From: Nitrospirota bacterium
GTDB taxonomy: Bacteria > Nitrospirota > Thermodesulfovibrionia > Thermodesulfovibrionales > Dissulfurispiraceae
Length of the DNA stretch: 64,000 nt
Direction of reading: 5' to 3'
Assembly (NCBI GenBank): GCA_040754455.1
Contig: JBFMCP010000005.1
Coordinates: 47,926 to 111,925 of the forward strand
The translations under genes and the position numbers were made by a program. Under the pieces are notes generated by a model, which was not told the origin of the DNA, searched no databases, and saw nothing but the letters and a program-made list of their open reading frames with translations. Positions 61,975 to 64,000 of this stretch are shown here, in pieces (the first letter of the stretch is position 1; every line of letters starts with the position of its first letter).

Positions 61975-63789
61975 CTAATAGACCCTCGTCTTGGTCGGAA
62001 TAGTAACGGTAAACACCGATCCTTTGCCGGCCTCGCTTTCGGCAGTAATGGTACCTCCAAGGATATCAACGAGTTTCTTTGCAATCGCCAGACGCAGCGA
62101 CAGGGAGAGTGAAGAGATGTCCTCGAACAGCCTCTCAAGACGCTCCTCCTCTATTCCCGCACCGGTATCGGCAACAGAAATTTCAATGGATTCAATGCCG
62201 TCCTTCACGGATTCTGTTGAGAGCAGCGTAATAGTCCCAATGTGTGTTGTCTTCAGTGCATTACCCACAAGGCTCTCCAGTATCTGCTTCAGCCGTTGCC
62301 GGTCGGCATAGACCGGCCTGGCTGCGAAGCCATCGCTGCAATCGAAAAGCAGCGTTATTTCTTTTGTACCGAGCCTCTTCCTTCCATACTCTTCGACCTC
62401 TTTGAGTAAATCGCAGAGATTGAACTCCATCGGTGTTGCCACACGCTCGCCGCTCTCCAGCTTCGATATATCGAACACGCTCTCCATGAGCAGCTGGAGG
62501 TCTTGTGCCGACTCCAAAATGTTCTGCAACACTCTCCGGGACACTTCGGTGCCGTTCGGCTCGCCCCTGAGCATCGCCTCGGCACAAGCACTTATATGGT
62601 TCAGCGTCGCCGTCACTTCATGGGAGACCCCGGCATAAAGCCCTGCATCCATCCCTGCACGTCCATACGACCCGATCCTCCTCCCTGACCTCTGTTCCCC
62701 GAGGGCTTCGATCATAGCTTCAAAAGCCTTCTTGAGCTCGAGTAATTCCCCCGTAAACCCCCTTCCGAGGTCGATATCACTGCTGCCCGCAGCAACGGAC
62801 CTCGCGGCACTGACGAGCTTTCCCACAGGCCTTGTAATACGCCGGGGGGCGATATAGGCGCCCAGCACGATCATGCTCACCAGAACCACGCCCGCGACTG
62901 CCGCACAGATGATGAGTAAAGTGGTAATCGGCTGCATGACCTCATCCCTCACGACCGTGCTGATGAGCCGGAAGGGTGCATGCTCAAGGCTGGTGACATA
63001 ATAGAAAAACCGATCTTTTGCCCGCACCTGCTGCTCGTGGCTGGTTTCTCTTGACAGGTTGTAACGCAACCGTTTATCGGGGATCCCGTGTGCGGTGAGA
63101 ATAAGCGTGCCCTCGCTGTCGATCAGCTCGGTTTTTTCGGTCTTGTAAAGTTTGTGCTCGCTCTGTAAGAGCCCGCTCAGCTTATCCAGGCCCGAAACGG
63201 CGTAGAGCAGTGCCACGGTCCTTCCTTTCTCATCGTTGACCGGTGCGAGAAAGACGAGGCCGCCGTCGGGATTTCCATAGCTATGAAAGCCAGCGACCGC
63301 CGGGGACTTCAGCTCGGCGGTCACTCGGTGTTCAAAAAAGTCGCGGTCCGACCAGTCCCCCCCCAGCAGCTCCTGCTGGCTGCTCGCCATGACTTTGCCG
63401 CTCATCGAAAGGAGGGCAAACATTCTGAAATTTGAGGACGGCACCATCTCCTCGAGTATGCGGGAGGTCTTGACGGAAATATTCTTCTTCATATGATCGG
63501 GAACATTTCTTCCCTGCACGGCGCCGGTCATGATCGCTGCACCGGCCCTGAGATCAGTACTGCGCGAAAGGTAATCGATCTGCCGCTTGCTCTGCTCGAA
63601 CCACATATCAATCGTCTGTTTTTTCCCTGCTGCGGCACTGATGAGGTACAGACGGTGCGCATCTCTGAAAAGGTAGTGGGGAGCGAGATAGTAAAACCCG
63701 GCACCGCAGGCGATGAGGAGAAGAAAAATAATCAGAAGCGGGATAATGGACAGACGTGTCGCGAGCTTCTGGGAAAATGGTATTTTCAT
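61975..63789 (-). CDS. Membrane sensor histidine kinase (Cache-like, HAMP, HisKA, HATPase)
   Basis: 2 TM; SHEV H-box, LVGNALK, DTGAGI, GKGSVF. Confidence 0.88.
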   Translation of the reverse strand: MKIPFSQKLATRLSIIPLLIIFLLLIACGAGFYYLAPHYLFRDAHRLYLISAAAGKKQTIDMWFEQSKRQIDYLSRSTDLRAGAAIMTGAVQGRNVPDHMKKNISVKTSRILEEMVPSSNFRMFALLSMSGKVMASSQQELLGGDWSDRDFFEHRVTAELKSPAVAGFHSYGNPDGGLVFLAPVNDEKGRTVALLYAVSGLDKLSGLLQSEHKLYKTEKTELIDSEGTLILTAHGIPDKRLRYNLSRETSHEQQVRAKDRFFYYVTSLEHAPFRLISTVVRDEVMQPITTLLIICAAVAGVVLVSMIVLGAYIAPRRITRPVGKLVSAARSVAAGSSDIDLGRGFTGELLELKKAFEAMIEALGEQRSGRRIGSYGRAGMDAGLYAGVSHEVTATLNHISACAEAMLRGEPNGTEVSRRVLQNILESAQDLQLLMESVFDISKLESGERVATPMEFNLCDLLKEVEEYGRKRLGTKEITLLFDCSDGFAARPVYADRQRLKQILESLVGNALKTTHIGTITLLSTESVKDGIESIEISVADTGAGIEEERLERLFEDISSLSLSLRLAIAKKLVDILGGTITAESEAGKGSVFTVTIPTKTRVY

Positions 63790-63876
63790 CGTAGTTTTTG
63801 CACCGGCAATCTCAGCACACCGTTCCGGTTAACATACACTATTCACTACCGATGATGCAATACGCCTCAACCTTTC

Positions 63877-64000
63877 TGTCAAGCCAATTTAGAAATGTCC
63901 TGTTTTTACCAAAATAGAAATGTCCGGTTTATGCCGCCGCCGTCTGCGGGGCTTTTCGCTTGTCGCGGTTGATGTTGAACTTCCGCCAAGGATGATCCTT
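63877..64000 (-). mobile_element. Right end of an IS1202/ISNCY-type insertion sequence (partial)
   Basis: Terminal TGT; tandem TAGAAATGTCC at 63890 and 63915; minus-strand transposase tail KDHPWRKFNINRDKRKAPQTAAA* (63929-64000). Confidence 0.8.

Overview
Chromosomal window of an anaerobic Gram-negative bacterium; gene content and style suggest Nitrospirota/Thermodesulfovibrionia or a deltaproteobacterium-like lineage (inference). From left to right: (1) a partial octaheme cytochrome c nitrite reductase missed by the ORF track; (2) a Hyb-type uptake [NiFe]-hydrogenase operon (hybOABC + protease); (3) a 37-aa membrane sORF; (4) an hdrCBA-mvhDGA-protease operon whose HdrC carries an N-terminal MerR-like HTH, with a palindrome in its own promoter spacer; (5) housekeeping genes (argS, folP, ftsH, rph, murI, GerMN protein, amidase); (6) two convergent feo operons with fur and shared palindromic boxes; (7) two polyol-type Zn dehydrogenases, cheV and a cupin resembling methylthioxylulose-5-P methylsulfurylase; (8) TRAP dctPQM divergent from iorAB-paaK; (9) secA, pilT/pilU, glgB, aroC, slt, and zapB/zapA with a structured leader; (10) an HDOD/GGDEF operon, a radical SAM gene, tsaD, resBC and a histidine kinase; (11) the end of an IS1202/ISNCY-type element. 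About 14 short 7-nt-periodic, mostly inverted repeat elements are dispersed through operons, and three sit in frame inside CDSs. The best novelty candidates are the MerR-HdrC fusion with its operator, the two-dehydrogenase + cupin module, and the heptamer repeat family. All family calls come from motif recognition by eye; no database search was run.
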